Assembly: GCF_964188315.1 (NCBI RefSeq) | Contig: NC_135668.1 | Coordinates: forward strand, 52,700,001 to 52,764,000 | Direction of reading: 5' to 3' | Origin: Podarcis muralis | Taxonomy: Eukaryota | Length of the DNA stretch: 64,000 nucleotides | Shown: piece by piece, positions 63,106 through 64,000 of the stretch | Numbering within the stretch: position 1 is the first letter of the stretch | Layout of the letters: each line of letters begins with the position of its first letter | Notes under the pieces: generated by a model | Told to the model about the DNA's origin: nothing | Seen by the model: only the letters and a program-made list of their open reading frames with translations | The model's database searches: none | Made by a program: the position numbers and the translations under genes

Positions 63106-64000
63106 TCATAGAATCATAGAATCATAGAGTTGGAAGAGACCACAAGGGCCATCGAGTCCAACCCCCTGCCAAGCAGGAAACACCATCAGAGCACTCCTGA
63201 CATATGGCTGTCAAGCCTCTGCTTAAAGACCTCCAAAGAAGGAGACTCCACCACACTCCTTGGCAGCAAATTCCACTGTCGAACAGCTCTTACTGTCAGG
63301 AAGTTCTTCCTAATGTTTAGGTGGAATCTTCTTTCTTGTAGTTTGGATCCATTGCTCCGTGTCCGCTTCTCTGGAGCAGCAGAAAACAGCCTTTCTCCCT
63401 CCTCTATGTGACATCCTTTTATATATTTGAACATGGCTATCATATCACCCCTTAACCTCCTCTTCTCCAGGCTAAACATGCCCAGCTCCCTTAGCCGTTC
63501 CTCATAAGGCATCGTTTCCAGGCCTTTGACCATTTTGGTTGCCCTCCTCTGGACACGTTCCAGTTTGTCAGTGTCCTTCTTGAACTGTGGTGCCCAGAAC
63601 TGGACACAGTACTCCAGGTGAGGTCTGACCAGAGCAGAATACAGTGGCACTATTACTTCCCTTGATCTAGATGCTATACTCCTATTGATGCAGCCCAGAA
63701 TTGCATTGGCTTTTTTAGCTGCCGCGTCACACTGTTGGCTCATGTCAAGTTTGTGGTCAACCAAGACTCCTAGATCCTTTTCACATGTACTGCTCTCAAG
63801 CCAGGTGTCACCCATCTTGTATTTGTGCCTCTCATTTTTTTTGCCCAAGTGCAATACTTTACATTTCTCCCTGTTAAAATTCATCTTGTTTGTTTTGGCC
63901 CAGTTCTCTAATCTGTCAAGGTCGTTTTGAAGTGTGATCCTGTCCTCTGGGGTGTTAGCCACCCCTCCCAGTTTGGTGTCATCTGCAAATTTGATCAGGA
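63106..64000 (-). mobile_element. young CR1 LINE, 3' portion (continues beyond the window)
   Basis: (ATTCTATG)n tail at 63106-63128, 3' UTR, and uninterrupted ORF2. Confidence 0.97.
63186..63998 (-). CDS. CR1 ORF2 reverse transcriptase, C-terminal part (partial)
   Basis: Open frame [20 protein letters not shown]...KDLGVLVD...[10 protein letters not shown]...[14 protein letters not shown], including the FADD RT motif; no stops over 270 codons. Confidence 0.95.
   Translation of the reverse strand: MIKFADDTKLGGVANTPEDRITLQNDLDRLENWAKTNKMNFNREKCKVLHLGKKNERHKYKMGDTWLESSTCEKDLGVLVDHKLDMSQQCDAAAKKANAILGCINRSIASRSREVIVPLYSALVRPHLEYCVQFWAPQFKKDTDKLERVQRRATKMVKGLETMPYEERLRELGMFSLEKRRLRGDMIAMFKYIKGCHIEEGERLFSAAPEKRTRSNGSKLQERRFHLNIRKNFLTVRAVRQWNLLPRSVVESPSLEVFKQRLDSHMSGVL

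Noticed and set aside
1-64000. Known miRNAs, snoRNAs and the conserved amniote hammerheads
   Set aside because: A by-eye search for mature sequences and cores I remember found none; an Rfam/miRBase scan is needed to exclude them properly.

Overview
This is AT-rich vertebrate (squamate) nuclear DNA, not prokaryotic. Four Sauria-type SINEs, CR1, L2, L1 and BovB LINE pieces, and hAT, Tc1/mariner and Harbinger-type MITEs point to a lizard, probably a lacertid (inference). I recognise no host protein-coding exon, tRNA, rRNA, miRNA or CRISPR array, so the window reads as a large intron or intergenic region. The only convincing CDS is the open C-terminal part of a young CR1 ORF2 running off the right edge. 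Nearly all ORF-track entries are chance ORFs, microsatellite products or decayed retroelement debris. The most notable unexplained structures are: a 201-bp fold-back at 21.3-21.5 kb; a nested MITE holding head-to-head arrays of a ~45-bp self-complementary unit at 23.3-24.0 kb; a young hAT MITE carrying NRF1 and CTCF motifs at 47.9 kb; several candidate small exons, including an in-frame 27-nt microexon at 53.6 kb; and TE-poor, homeodomain-motif-rich islands that may be enhancers. I cannot support a claim of a new biological system from sequence alone. TE family names come from remembered consensus features, not from a database search.
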